Shown: piece after piece, positions 42,250-51,425 of the stretch
Layout: the number at the start of each line of letters is the position of its first letter
Position numbering within the stretch: the first letter of the stretch is position 1
DNA from: Octopus bimaculoides
Lineage: Eukaryota
DNA length: 64,000 nt
Assembly (NCBI RefSeq): GCF_001194135.2
Contig: NC_068995.1
Location: 49,968,852 to 50,032,851 of the forward strand
Reading direction: 5' to 3'
Notes under the pieces: generated by a model
Database searches by the model: none
Told to the model about the DNA's origin: nothing
Seen by the model: the letters and a program-made list of their open reading frames with translations, nothing else
Translations under genes and position numbers: made by a program

Positions 42250-44586
42250 GTAAATCTGCACAGAGGTGGCTTGGGATATTGGTTGCTTTTTATCCAGAGT
42301 GTATTTGATGGGGAGATTCAGCAAGAATTCCAGTGACGGAGCAACCCATTTCAGTGATGGCACTACTCATGAAGGATATAAACATGGTCTAAATAAAGCT
42401 GACCTAATCCTGGAACTCGCCACCAACCCCAAAACTGGCAGCTGTTCTCATTTTACTGGATCCCATGGTAACAGCCAAGAAATTTCTTTCAAAGAAGTAG
42501 TTCTATTCAAGCACTAGTTAATTTCTACACACACACACTTATATATATATATATACATATTCACACAATTTTTATATACGCAGCACCCATGCCAACCTTT
42601 CCTTCATTGGACACTAAACTCTGCTTGCGAAGACCTGTTGGGGCAAGTGAAATTGAAATCGTAATTGAACCAAATTCGATGACTGGCACCTGTGCCAGTG
42701 GAGCGCTAACAGTACCGTCCAAGTGTAATCATTGTCAGAGCAGCTGTCTGGCTTCCATGCCAGTGGCACGTAAATAGCACCATTTGAGCGTGATCATTAC
42801 CAGCGTCGCCTTACTGGCAAGTGAAAAGACATTCAAGCGAGGTCGTTGCCAGTGCCGCTGGCACGTAGAATACACCATTTTGAGCGTGGCCGTTGCCAGT
42901 ACCACCTGGCTGGCCCTTGTGCCGGTGGCACGTAAAAGCACCCACTACACTCTCGGAGTGGTTGGTGTTAGGAAGGGCATCCAGCTGTAGAAACTCTGCC
43001 AAATCAGATTGGAGCCTGGTGTAGCCATCTGGTTTGCCAGTCCTCAGTCAAATCGTCCAACCCATGGAAAGCGGATGTTAAACGATGATGATGATGACAA
43101 CACTAGATACAATTATTTACTCACGCACAAAATATACACACAATAAAGATACAAATATCCAAACACACACACAAATTATATATGTGAACCAATTTAGGAA
43201 CCTCTGTGTAGTCACACAATATGCTAGTTCCAATAGTAAAATCTCCCTAGAATCACACTGCCATCTGAAGATCACATTAGTTAATGTAGTCCTANNNNNN
43301 NNNNNNNNNNNNNNNNNNNNNNNNNNNNNNNNNNNNNNNNNNNNNNNNNNNNNNNNNNNNNNNNNNNNNNNNNNNNNNNNNNNNNNNNNNNNNNNNNNNN
43401 NNNNNNNNNNNNNNNNNNNNNNNNNNNNNNNNNNNNNNNNNNNNNNNNNNNNNNNNNNNNNNNNNNNNNNNNNNNNNNNNNNNNNNNNNNNNNNNNNNNN
43501 NNNNNNNNNNNNNNNNNNNNNNNNNNNNNNNNNNNNNNNNNNNNNNNNNNNNNNNNNNNNNNNNNNNNNAAACCTGCACATACACACTATCTATACAAAC
43601 AATCCATCAAAATAGTGTATAAAAGCGTAGGAGTGGCTGTGTGGTAAGTAGCTTGCTTATCAACCACATGGTTCCAGGTTCATTCCCACTGCGTGGCATC
43701 TTGGGCAAGTGTCATCTACTATAGCCTCGGGCCGACCAAAGCCTTGTGAGTGGATTTGGTAGACGGAAACTGAAAGAAGCCCGTCGTATATATGCATGTA
43801 TATATGTTTGTGTGTTTGTGTTTGTCCCCCAACATCGCTTGACAACCGATGGTGGTGTGTTTACATCCCCATAACTTAGCGGTTTGGCAAAAGAGACCGA
43901 TAGAATAAGTACTTGGTTTCCAAAAAATAAGTCCTGGAGTCGATTTGCTCGACTAAAGGCGGTGCTCCAGCATTGCAACAGTCAAAAGTAAAAGAGTAAT
44001 AGAGAGATAGAGGACAGAAAGAAAGAGAGTGATTGTTTTTCACCATCATCAACAAGGTCAATACCAATATATAATAAATAACAAAAGTCAACTACATACT
44101 ATGGTGTACAATCTCCAAGACGGGTTTCTCATAGCAGGTCTGAAACTGCGATTGGACCGATTTCTTAACATTCTTTTCCGAATTCCAAGCTTCTTCATGG
44201 GTGAGGTTGGTGTGTCCAGTTGACTGACACGTCCAGATGCGGTTCTTGTACAGTGCCACTCGCTTCTCATAATCCCTAAACTTTGGTTAAGGGTAATAAA
44301 CGCATATACAATAAAATTGCCATACATGTTATTATAAATACCGAAAAGTAAAAGCTTTCGAAGACAAGGCTCAAAGAATAATGTATATGAAAAAAAAACA
44401 AAAACAACAACAAAAACAAGAGTGTATAACTTTGGTGTATTTATTATATGTGTCTATGTGCGCGTTACGGACTGACATTTATACATGGATAAACAAAGAA
44501 AAGCTTAACAGAGGGGACTAAAAAATAACGAACCGTTGACAATTTCTAACCTATATTTTTTACGAGTTTATTATCAATATCTAGAC

Positions 44587-44635
<49 letters not shown>

Positions 44636-44870
44636 NNNNNNNNNNNNNNNNNNNNNNNNNNNNNNNNNNNNNNNNNNNNNNNNNNNNNNNNNNNNNNNNN
44701 NNNNNNNNNNNNNNNNNNNNNNNNNNNNNNNNNNNNNNNNNNNNNNNNNNNNNNNNNNNNNNNNNNNNNNNNNNNNNNNNNNNNNNNNNNNNNNNNNNNN
44801 NNNNNNNNNNNNNNNNNNNNNNNNNNNNNNNNNNNNNNNNNNNNNNNNNNNNNNNNNNNNNNNNNNNNNN

Positions 44871-44923
<53 letters not shown>

Positions 44924-45761
44924 CACACACACACATTTCCTTTGTTTCGAACAATTATTTTCGTTTCAACCTCAACAGCAGCACAAGCCAAAGCAAAGAT
45001 CTGAATATATACATACATGTACATATGTATATACGCAAGCACATCAATACATCTTTATCTTTTATTTGTTTCGGACGTTAGGCTGCGGGCATGCTTGAAG
45101 AATTTTTAGTCGAACGAATCAACACCAGTACTTTTATTTTTTAAAAAGCTTATCGGTGTGTAATATGCATGTATGTACACAGAGGTCCATTTTATGTAAT
45201 TGAATAAGGTCTCACATTCATACATTTCCCTCAATTCATACCGATGATCATTAATTGATGTAAAATATCACACACCCACAAGAAGATAGATAGATAGATA
45301 GAGAGAGAGACAGATAGATAGAGAGACAGATAGATAGACGCACACATACGTTTGTATACACAAACGCGAGAAAAAGCACTCAATACAAACAGTAGAGCTC
45401 ATTCGTAGCTGATTATTCACTCCGTCACTACTCCGAGTGTTAGGTTATGTACGATCCTTCACACAACTCACACGATCACACACACACACATTTCTAATAT
45501 TCCTAATATATTGAAAGGAGAGCTAGTTCCAAGTAAGAATTGAAACCCCGCTAGCTGGCTTTGCTTATTTAATATCCCTCTGAGAGGCAGAGGAAGTGGC
45601 GATGTTTGAAATGTATTTTTGGAACTAAAATTAAAATAACTATTTAGAGCAATGAAATGTCAAATATTATTTCACTATGCGGTGGGGGGTGCGGATATCT
45701 ACCAACACCTTGTGTTTCCAGCCCAAAATAATTTTTTTAAAAATTGGGATGAGCTACGGGG

Positions 45762-45794
<33 letters not shown>

Positions 45795-46874
45795 TATATA
45801 TATATATATAAAGATATAAACAGCTGTCCCAAACATAATACTGCCCAAAGACTTCATATTATATGTAATAAATAGAAAATCCATGATAATGAATGGGAAA
45901 TTAAATATATGCTTAAATATATAAAGCATTCTTCCCAAATATACAAATGATCGAATGATTATTAATATTTAGATGATGGGGATAAGGGCTTAGTCGTATA
46001 GTTTTGTTTTTTATTTTGCTTTAAAAAGGTAAGTGTACTTTTTCTGACCGCTGTTGTGGTCAGAATTATTACAACAAAGAGCTCAAGATGGCGGAAGAGA
46101 CTAAGTTCCCAGAACCTGGCCGGTCATAGGGGAAGGAAGGATCTTATGTAAAAAGGGCCGGATGTCAAGGACCATAAGAGAGAAGAAAAAAAAGAAGTGG
46201 GGCGACCGAAGGAGGGAGCTGATATATCCATGATCCTGTCACCTCCGCCATGGTCCACGTGCTATAGCCACCACCATAACAAACAACCGGTCGACAGAGA
46301 GTTAAAATGAAAACAAATAAATAAATAAACGGTGAAATTGATTTCTCCCCAGGCGAGCGCCGAATCTGCCACCCGGTTTCCATCCCCGATTGAAACGATT
46401 GCCATCTCGTTCCATGTTGCTAACGAAGAAATTGAGACGAATAAAAGTGATGAAAATGATGAACGTCACAACGACCTTGTGCATTATTTGCCCTCTTCCC
46501 GCTCTAAGTGAGGGTCTGTATTTAGTGAAAATTGAAATGTACAACGGTCTTAATGATACCGGTTGTCACATATCACACACAACATATACTGCACGCACAA
46601 TTACTTGCACATATATTAATTATATACACATCTATACAGATAGAAATATGCGAGTGTTGATGGAATAAAACCTGGTCCTTATATAATATATATACATACA
46701 TAGATAGTTGCAAACTATAAAGCGAGGACTGTAGTAGTTTATTTTGCAATAAAGTCGATGAATCACTTTCTACCTACTCGGAGTTTCGAGTGGTGTACTA
46801 TGGCAAGTATATCGTGCTAAAACTCTGAGTAGCTTAGCTTAGGTAAGCTAACAGAATAAACCATTTGCCTTTAT

Positions 46875-46941
<67 letters not shown>

Positions 46942-47310
46942 TGATTACAGATTGACGGCTACGGAAATTGGGTCTAAATAATATTGGTCATGACGGAATC
47001 AGAGAGGGGAAATATACATGCAACAGATCAATAATAGTTAGATATTTGTAATGAAATAAAACGAGTGTGTGATTGATTGTTGTAATATGCCCAATGTGGG
47101 ACTGTTTGTTTGATTGCAGTTGTTGTTGTTGTCAATGAGTGCAAGTCAGCCATGTTGGTTAGAAAGAGAGAAAATTGTAGCAAAAACTGAAGGATACTGC
47201 TTCGATCGGAACTGTTCTTTCGTATGGGCAATGCTGTAGATTACTTCCTCCGATTTACGATTCACCAGTGGCTTGGCGTAAACAAAAATCTTTTTCCCAA
47301 GAAGCGGCAT
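1..47310 (-). CDS. BAZ1B: BAZ1B/WSTF-like chromatin remodelling subunit; 31 exons in window, 3' end (bromodomain expected) beyond position 1
   Basis: Manually spliced exons, all GT-AG and phase-compatible, 4402 nt in window. Peptides such as [74 protein letters not shown] and [12 protein letters not shown] match WSTF motifs as I recall them, not BAZ1A/BAZ2. Confidence 0.95.
1083..1241 (-). CDS. BAZ1B: BAZ1B exon 30 (poly-Glu)
   Basis: KKYMKES(E)25[20 protein letters not shown]; tttag|GT ... T|gtaagt; phase 1-1. Confidence 0.88.
1761..1855 (-). CDS. BAZ1B: BAZ1B exon 29 (PHD finger 2, C-terminal part)
   Basis: [31 protein letters not shown]. Confidence 0.93.
2723..2895 (-). CDS. BAZ1B: BAZ1B exon 28 (PHD finger 2, N-terminal part)
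   Basis: [57 protein letters not shown](R); not in the ORF track. Confidence 0.93.
3316..3384 (-). CDS. BAZ1B: BAZ1B exon 27
   Basis: [23 protein letters not shown]; phase 0-0. Confidence 0.88.
4423..4563 (-). CDS. BAZ1B: BAZ1B exon 26 (PHD finger 1)
   Basis: [47 protein letters not shown]; C4HC3 pattern. Confidence 0.97.
5053..5201 (-). CDS. BAZ1B: BAZ1B exon 25
   Basis: [49 protein letters not shown]; the conserved pre-PHD motif. Confidence 0.95.
6158..6278 (-). CDS. BAZ1B: BAZ1B exon 24
   Basis: [40 protein letters not shown]. Confidence 0.92.
6600..7040 (-). mobile_element. Decayed RTE-X-like LINE 3' fragment interrupted by a SINE tail (6813-6889)
   Basis: Minus strand reads [21 protein letters not shown] [insert] ..CW...[31 protein letters not shown], resembling RTE-X C-termini. 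Confidence 0.6.
7242..7349 (-). CDS. BAZ1B: BAZ1B exon 23
   Basis: [36 protein letters not shown]; RLxxGGLG motif. Confidence 0.93.
8085..8466 (-). mobile_element. RTE-clade LINE ORF2 fragment (pre-RT region)
   Basis: [25 protein letters not shown]...[28 protein letters not shown]. Confidence 0.9.
8616..8700 (-). CDS. BAZ1B: BAZ1B exon 22
   Basis: [28 protein letters not shown]. Confidence 0.88.
9409..9626. mobile_element. piggyBac-type MITE copy
   Basis: Reverse-orientation homologue of 11694-11914, flanked by TTAA. Confidence 0.7.
9660..9824 (-). CDS. BAZ1B: BAZ1B exon 21 (WHIM3)
   Basis: [54 protein letters not shown]. Confidence 0.95.
10788..10914 (-). CDS. BAZ1B: BAZ1B exon 20
   Basis: [41 protein letters not shown]. 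Confidence 0.9.
11511..11625 (-). CDS. BAZ1B: BAZ1B exon 19 (WHIM2/WSD)
   Basis: [38 protein letters not shown]; carries the GxDRxxxRYW motif. Confidence 0.95.
11694..11914. mobile_element. piggyBac-type MITE (TTAA TSD, 13-bp TIR)
   Basis: TTAA|CCCTTTAGCATTT ... AAATGCTAAAGGG|TTAA. Related copies at 9409-9626, 27073-27571 and 60232-60411. Confidence 0.8.
12259..12325 (-). CDS. BAZ1B: BAZ1B exon 18
   Basis: [22 protein letters not shown]. Confidence 0.9.
12497..12653 (-). CDS. BAZ1B: BAZ1B exon 17
   Basis: [50 protein letters not shown]. Confidence 0.92.
14829..14983 (-). CDS. BAZ1B: BAZ1B exon 16
   Basis: [51 protein letters not shown]; cag|G ... G|gtgagt. Confidence 0.9.
15375..15680 (+). 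mobile_element. Family F fragment abutting the BAZ1B exon 15 donor
   Basis: Direct visual alignment to 60941-61245. Confidence 0.75.
15694..15851 (-). CDS. BAZ1B: BAZ1B exon 15 (WHIM1)
   Basis: [52 protein letters not shown]. Confidence 0.95.
17079..17405 (-). mobile_element. Family A retroposon copy about 45 bp from the BAZ1B exon 14 donor
   Basis: Near-identical to 17985-18197 and 41819-41953; explains the repeated spurious ORFs MKPDG..LQLDALP. Confidence 0.8.
17450..17611 (-). CDS. BAZ1B: BAZ1B exon 14
   Basis: [54 protein letters not shown]. Confidence 0.93.
18426..18529 (-). CDS. BAZ1B: BAZ1B exon 13 (DDT C-terminal part)
   Basis: [34 protein letters not shown]. Confidence 0.95.
18640..18845. 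repeat. About 64-bp tandem repeat x3 (internal unit of family A)
   Basis: Repeated unit TTTTATGTG.CAC.AGCAC..GAGCCAG..GG....TGGCATC.ACCACGTTCAGATGGTGC. Confidence 0.7.
19104..19272 (-). CDS. BAZ1B: BAZ1B exon 12 (DDT domain)
   Basis: [56 protein letters not shown]. Confidence 0.95.
19915..20044 (-). CDS. BAZ1B: BAZ1B exon 11 (coiled coil)
   Basis: [43 protein letters not shown]. Confidence 0.92.
20597..20761 (-). CDS. BAZ1B: BAZ1B exon 10
   Basis: [54 protein letters not shown]. Confidence 0.92.
21571..21920 (-). mobile_element. SINE family C
   Basis: GTTGGCACTCCGTCGCTTACGACGTCGAGGGTTCCAGTTGATCCGATCAACGG..., with a tRNA-like B-box end GGAATCGAAACC. Fragments at 421-500, 2985-3060 and 14165-14440. 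Confidence 0.7.
21965..22080 (-). CDS. BAZ1B: BAZ1B exon 9
   Basis: [38 protein letters not shown]. Confidence 0.93.
22882..23538 (-). CDS. BAZ1B: BAZ1B exon 8 (219-aa Lys/Ser-rich low-complexity linker)
   Basis: [15 protein letters not shown]...[10 protein letters not shown]; phase 0-0; lies within ORF 22846..23586. Confidence 0.92.
24257..24422 (-). CDS. BAZ1B: BAZ1B exon 7
   Basis: [55 protein letters not shown]. Confidence 0.95.
25560..25636 (-). CDS. BAZ1B: BAZ1B exon 6
   Basis: [25 protein letters not shown]; cag| ... |gtaagt. Confidence 0.92.
25934..26038 (-). CDS. BAZ1B: BAZ1B exon 5
   Basis: [35 protein letters not shown]; contains the WSTF-like SPSSDKEN and KWxPPK motifs. Confidence 0.92.
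26355..26397 (-). CDS. BAZ1B: BAZ1B exon 4 (43 nt)
   Basis: [14 protein letters not shown]; tttcag|G ... GAG|gttaga; phases fit both neighbours. Confidence 0.85.
26916..27021 (-). CDS. BAZ1B: BAZ1B exon 3
   Basis: [34 protein letters not shown]; cag|GT ... GT|gtgagt. Confidence 0.92.
27244..27518. mobile_element. hAT-type MITE nested in a piggyBac-type MITE
   Basis: TIRs CAGTGGTTCCCAAA / TTTGGGAACCACCG (13/14 match). 8-bp flanks ATTTAAAC / AGTTAAAC (7/8). The host MITE sequence resumes after the insert. Confidence 0.8.
29010..29172 (+). mobile_element. Possible HINE/DINE-like non-autonomous element 3' end
   Basis: (CAAA)n tract, then hairpin ACCTCCACCTT-cact-AAGGCAGAGGT followed by AATA. 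Confidence 0.4.
30464..31253. other. Assembly gap (N). Other gaps: 16826-17078, 38293-38303 (approx.), 39233-39623, 41954-42130, 43295-43569, 44636-44870, 53420-53972, 57043-57279, 63681-63778
   Basis: Runs of N, mostly flanked by (AT)n, (AG)n or SINE sequence. Confidence 0.98.
33876..33985. repeat. About 110-bp foldback palindrome (MITE-like)
   Basis: Perfect 22-bp core GCCATTTTGAATTCAAAATGGC; arms TAGTTTGATTCAAATT.. / ..AATTTGAATCAAACTA; 19-nt bulge on the left arm. Confidence 0.8.
40085..40855 (+). mobile_element. RTE-BovB-like LINE ORF2 fragment, frameshifted
   Basis: [14 protein letters not shown]...[15 protein letters not shown]; [21 protein letters not shown]...[35 protein letters not shown]. 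Confidence 0.85.
40856..41050 (+). mobile_element. CR1/L2-group LINE 3' end fragment
   Basis: [40 protein letters not shown], a typical CR1/Crack-like terminal motif. Confidence 0.65.
41130..41757 (+). mobile_element. RTE-clade LINE ORF2 C-terminal fragment
   Basis: [17 protein letters not shown]...[20 protein letters not shown]...[21 protein letters not shown]...GRGRPRKT. Confidence 0.9.
42585..43095 (+). mobile_element. Retroposon (SINE-like family A) with RTE-like (GAT)n tail, longest copy
   Basis: Ends ..AAATCGTCCAACCCATG..GAAAGCGGATGTTAAACGATGATGATG. Reverse copies or fragments at 350-421, 3537-3586, 6813-6889, 12795-13030, 17079-17405, 17985-18197, 39741-39888 and 41819-42180; forward at about 24760-24930. 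Confidence 0.75.
43626..43995 (+). mobile_element. tRNA-derived SINE (family B, Octopus OK-type by inference)
   Basis: tRNA-like head GGAGTGGCTGTGTGGTAAG..GGTTC..TCCCACTG, internal (TA/TG)n, tail ..AGTAAAAGAG. Other copies at 5616-5985, 18845-19040, 22560-22850, 33411-33620, 50770-50965 and 53974-54360. Confidence 0.75.
44100..44275 (-). CDS. BAZ1B: BAZ1B exon 2 (WAC core)
   Basis: [58 protein letters not shown](S); tttag|G ... A|gtatgt. The ORF track shows this segment in the wrong frame. Confidence 0.95.
47198..47310 (-). CDS. BAZ1B: BAZ1B exon 1 (start; WAC N-terminus)
   Basis: [37 protein letters not shown](Q); donor CA|gtatcc, phase 2 fits exon 2. Confidence 0.93.
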
Positions 47311-48950
47311 TGTTTGTTTGTTTTTTCTTTTAATATATATTTATAGAGCGAATCCTCCTGCAGAGAAAAATGATAATATATATATATATATGTGTGTATA
47401 TATATAAAAAACTACTGTTGGTGTTCAAAATGTGGCGCGAATGTCAAAGTTGGCCAACACAGATTTCTCCTGCTTCTGTCACATGATCTCTACATTTGCA
47501 GCAGAAGAAGAAAATTATTATTATTATTACTATTATTATGAAATATAAATATTTTTTTTAAAATTCACTTCATATTCTATATTTTAGATAAAAAAATTTT
47601 ATCGTAAAAATAATAAAATTCAAATATTATTATTATACAGCAAAATTATAAAACTGCAATTCTTTTTTTTTTTGTAAATTTACAAAAGAAAAATTGAAAT
47701 TAGATGAGTTAATAGTCCGGGGAGAGGTAAGAATTGCTAAACAAAAGCGCGGGATTGTTATTTGCAGGTGTGAACGAACGAAGATATTTCTTCATTATAA
47801 AAAAAAAAAATTACAAAATAGAAAATATATATTTACTAATTATTGATAAATCATAACCGAACGTAATATTAGAGTTGCTTTGAGTTTCATTATTTAGAAT
47901 ATCCAGCAAGTTCTATTATCACACTACGTTATACATATATCAATGAATACTTCCACACATCGAAAAAGCCGCTTCACGAATCACAAGAACTCCTGGAAAT
48001 AGAAGCTCAGTTCCCTTAACGTCCCTCTAATATATATACATACATATATATATAAAAAAGGAATGACACATTGGATGACGTAGTCCTAGGTACTGTTAAA
48101 TACACGAGATGGTCGGACCTGGGGTATCATTGATCTTATTGTTGGTGTGCTCCATGAAATCTGACATGAGGTGTACAACAATACGTACTTCCTGTGTACT
48201 TTTCATTTTTGTTTTACTTCAATACTACGTAAAATAGTTTACAGAACTAAGTTATATAACTGGTTAGTTTTATTAACACACATACACAATACGTAAAGAA
48301 TAGCAACTTGGTATTTCTTAATCTGTTACAATACGTGGTGTATTTTACGATATTGTGACCATGCTAACCCCCAAAATTGGCGCGCTTATATTTTGTCAAC
48401 AAATTAGAAATGGTATCCCCGCCTTTTTTTTTTATCGACTAATTTTTCGCAGCGCCTAATTTTCCTCGACTAGTTAAATTTTCGTAGTTCTACTTTTTTT
48501 TTTTTGCATATTTTTGGAGAATATTTGTAATTTAAAAAAATAAATATACTATTAGAATATTATAAAATAATAGCATTCCGTTATGATTCCAGTCACATCT
48601 AGCAGACTTTGTAGCAATGTTAAACTGATCTCAGTACTTTAATGATATTTTATTTCATCGATGCCAGAAGGATGAAACGCAAAGCTAACCGGTGGGACTT
48701 TGAACTCAGAATATAAAATACCACAAGATATTTTGCTCAATACTGTCGATTTCGCCATTCTTTCACATAAACATTTAAATTTGTAAAAATAAAACATTTC
48801 ATTTTATTCTTGTTTCTTTTCATATGGGTTTTTTACCCAGTTAAAAAATAAGCCACTATTATAAAATATCGCGTACAGAAAACACAATGGAATGCGCGCC
48901 GGTTTCGATTCTCAGCTGAAATCACTTACGCCGCTAATATGCTGAAAAGA
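47311..48950 (-). promoter_or_regulatory. Putative BAZ1B promoter / 5' UTR zone
   Basis: CpG-containing region directly upstream of the ATG, with GGCGCGAA (47434), AAGCGCGGGA (about 47744) and TTGGCGCGC (about 48378) E2F-like words. The TSS is not mapped. Confidence 0.45.
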
Positions 48951-49113
48951 ACCACAATCTCAATTCCTTCTATAAGTCTATAAATATCTTGTCCTAAAGT
49001 AATAAATTATTATAATAGAATATGTCGTTCTTTAGCTAACTTACCTTTAAAAATTTTTTAAAGTATAATAGGATATTTTTAATAAAAAAAATAAAAAAAA
49101 TATATATATATAT

Positions 49114-49144
<31 letters not shown>

Positions 49145-50504
49145 TGTATATACTATATAATATATCATTACATAAGAAGTGGGATTTAATTATTGGTATC
49201 TTACCTAAACATAAGGCATCAAATATTCAGGAGATGAGCTCGAGACGGTCTGAGTGTTTCTTGCCTCTAACAAAGAATGCCGTAAATGTAGTCAAATCAT
49301 CATCATAGCAAGGATCCAAAAGCAGGTTGCTGCCTTTGTTCTACCTTGTGTGATCTGAAATAAAACTGTTGGCTAGGATGATAAAAGGATGAAAAGAAAA
49401 CTGACATTAGCACAAGGAAATAGATTTGATAGGCGTACCGAGTTCCTTATTTTATAAGACCCCCAAATCGTCAAACCATGACAAGATTTGAACTCAGAAT
49501 ATAAAGGGAAGTAACTAAAGACCCGAAGGCATTTTTTTTTTTCTCCCGTGCGCTGCCGTGTTTGTTTTCTATGACCTTCTTATAATATTGATTTCTAAAA
49601 TTGTCTCACGGCCTTAATTTTTGGAAATGAGTTTAATCAGTTATATCGCCCTTACTTCTTGATGAGTGATTAATTTATCGATCCCGATCCCGATCCTCGA
49701 AGAATGAAATACAAAATCAACTCTGGTTGGAGCCGAAGCCGGAGTGCGAAGGGACGTAACTAAAGGCGCTCTGTTATTCTGATATTGCCAAGTAATTTAA
49801 CAAAATATTTTATTTTAAAACTATATCAACCTGTACTATTGCAATAGATTTCCTCTATAGTGCAAAATAGTCTCAAAAAGCACGCTGCTTTGAATATCGA
49901 TTACTAATGAAAATATGAGACACAACCAGTAAAGATCGGAGAACTTCAGGCTAATAATTAACGAATGAGTGGAGACGCGCGACTTTGTAGTTAGGGTGTT
50001 ACACTCATGATCGGAAGATCCTGGAACAGACGATGTGTTGCGATCTTGAGCAAAATACTTCACTTCATGTTGCTCCAGAGCATTCAGCTTGCAAAAATGA
50101 GTAATACTACAAAGGACTGGCGTCCCGTCCAGGTGCGGATGTGCCTATGGCTCGGAAAGGACTTTTTGTTATTGTTGATTTTTAATTATATTCAGACCAA
50201 AAATACTTAAATCTCAACGTTCTGGTACTCATAGCTTTTGACCAGAACATTTTAATCGACTATACCCCTTCCTGAAAATGTATAAAGTATTAAGAAATCA
50301 TTAATTGACACTATTGAAATCGTAAGTTTCAAAGTATTCATTTTCTTCTTACATCCAATATTAGATTCGATCGTAATTTTCTGAGTTTGTAAAACCAAAG
50401 ATATTCTATTTCATTTCCTCAGCAGAGATGTTCATTGATTTCCTTATACCAACTGGCATTATATAGGCTATTTTATAACGTTTATGATTTCATCCAACTT
50501 TAAG

Positions 50505-50700
50505 GCTACGACATGGCAACACCGTTAGCACGCCGGACAAAATGCTTAGCGACATTTCGTCCGGCTTTACGTTCTGATTTCAAATTCCGCTGAGGTCGAC
50601 TTTGCCTGTCATCCATTCGGAGTCGATGAAATAAGTACTATTCAAGTACCAGGATAGATGTGATCGACTAGCCCCCTTCCCCGCAAAATTCCAGGCTTTG
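50505..50700 (+). mobile_element. CORE-like SINE (family D)
   Basis: ..TTCAAATTCCGCTGAGGTCGACTTTGCCTGTCATCC..GTCGAT.AAATAAGTAC. Reverse copies at about 860-970, 4604-4790, 19420-19720, 30010-30190 and 60615-60790. Confidence 0.65.
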
Positions 50701-50789
50701 TGTCTATAAAAGAAAGAATTATTTCTTCTGACTTCACGTTCTGCGGTCGATTTTGCCTGTCATTCAGTGTTAGGGGGGGACAAACACGA

Positions 50790-50822
<33 letters not shown>

Positions 50823-51425
50823 CATACATATATACGACGGGCTTCTCTTCAGTTTCCGTCGACCAAATCCACTCACAAGGCTTTGGTCGGCCCGAGGCTA
50901 TAGTAGAAGACACTTGCCCAAGATGCCACGCAGTGGGACTGAACCCGGAACCATGTGGTTGGTAGAAACAAACAGAAATATTTTAGAAATGAACTGAAGC
51001 ACGCACTGCGCATATTACACACTTGGCATTTGGCAAAGTGATGCGTTGCAATCACTGTTACAATTACATTTAGGGCTTTTGAAACACTGAAACAGACTGC
51101 ATTGCTCTGAAAACATGGCTTTTTATTGATCGTGAGTTGATAGAAAGAATAACAAACACATACACGTCTAAATCGCATTTAATTAAAGCATAAGCAAGTA
51201 TTTCATTACACTTTTTTCTTTCTTTGTATTTTTCGTCTTTCTTTTTTTCTTGTTCCTCTTTTCCCATTTTTACTTTCAATATTGGATAAACGGATATGTC
51301 TGCACCAACATCATATATTATGTTACATATGATTGATTTTAATGATATTATAAAATCATTTATTGTTAAGATATATTTTAAAAACATTAAATCAATAAGT
51401 TTGAAAATACGTTCTTATATATTTT

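Noticed and set aside
43626-43720. tRNA-like sequences
   Set aside because: They are SINE heads with degenerate cloverleafs; no bona fide tRNA gene is supported.
27022-44099. Initial idea that the WAC-encoding 5' exons were lost or hidden in the 30.5-31.2 kb gap
   Set aside because: They were found at 44100-44275 and 47198-47310 with correct phases.
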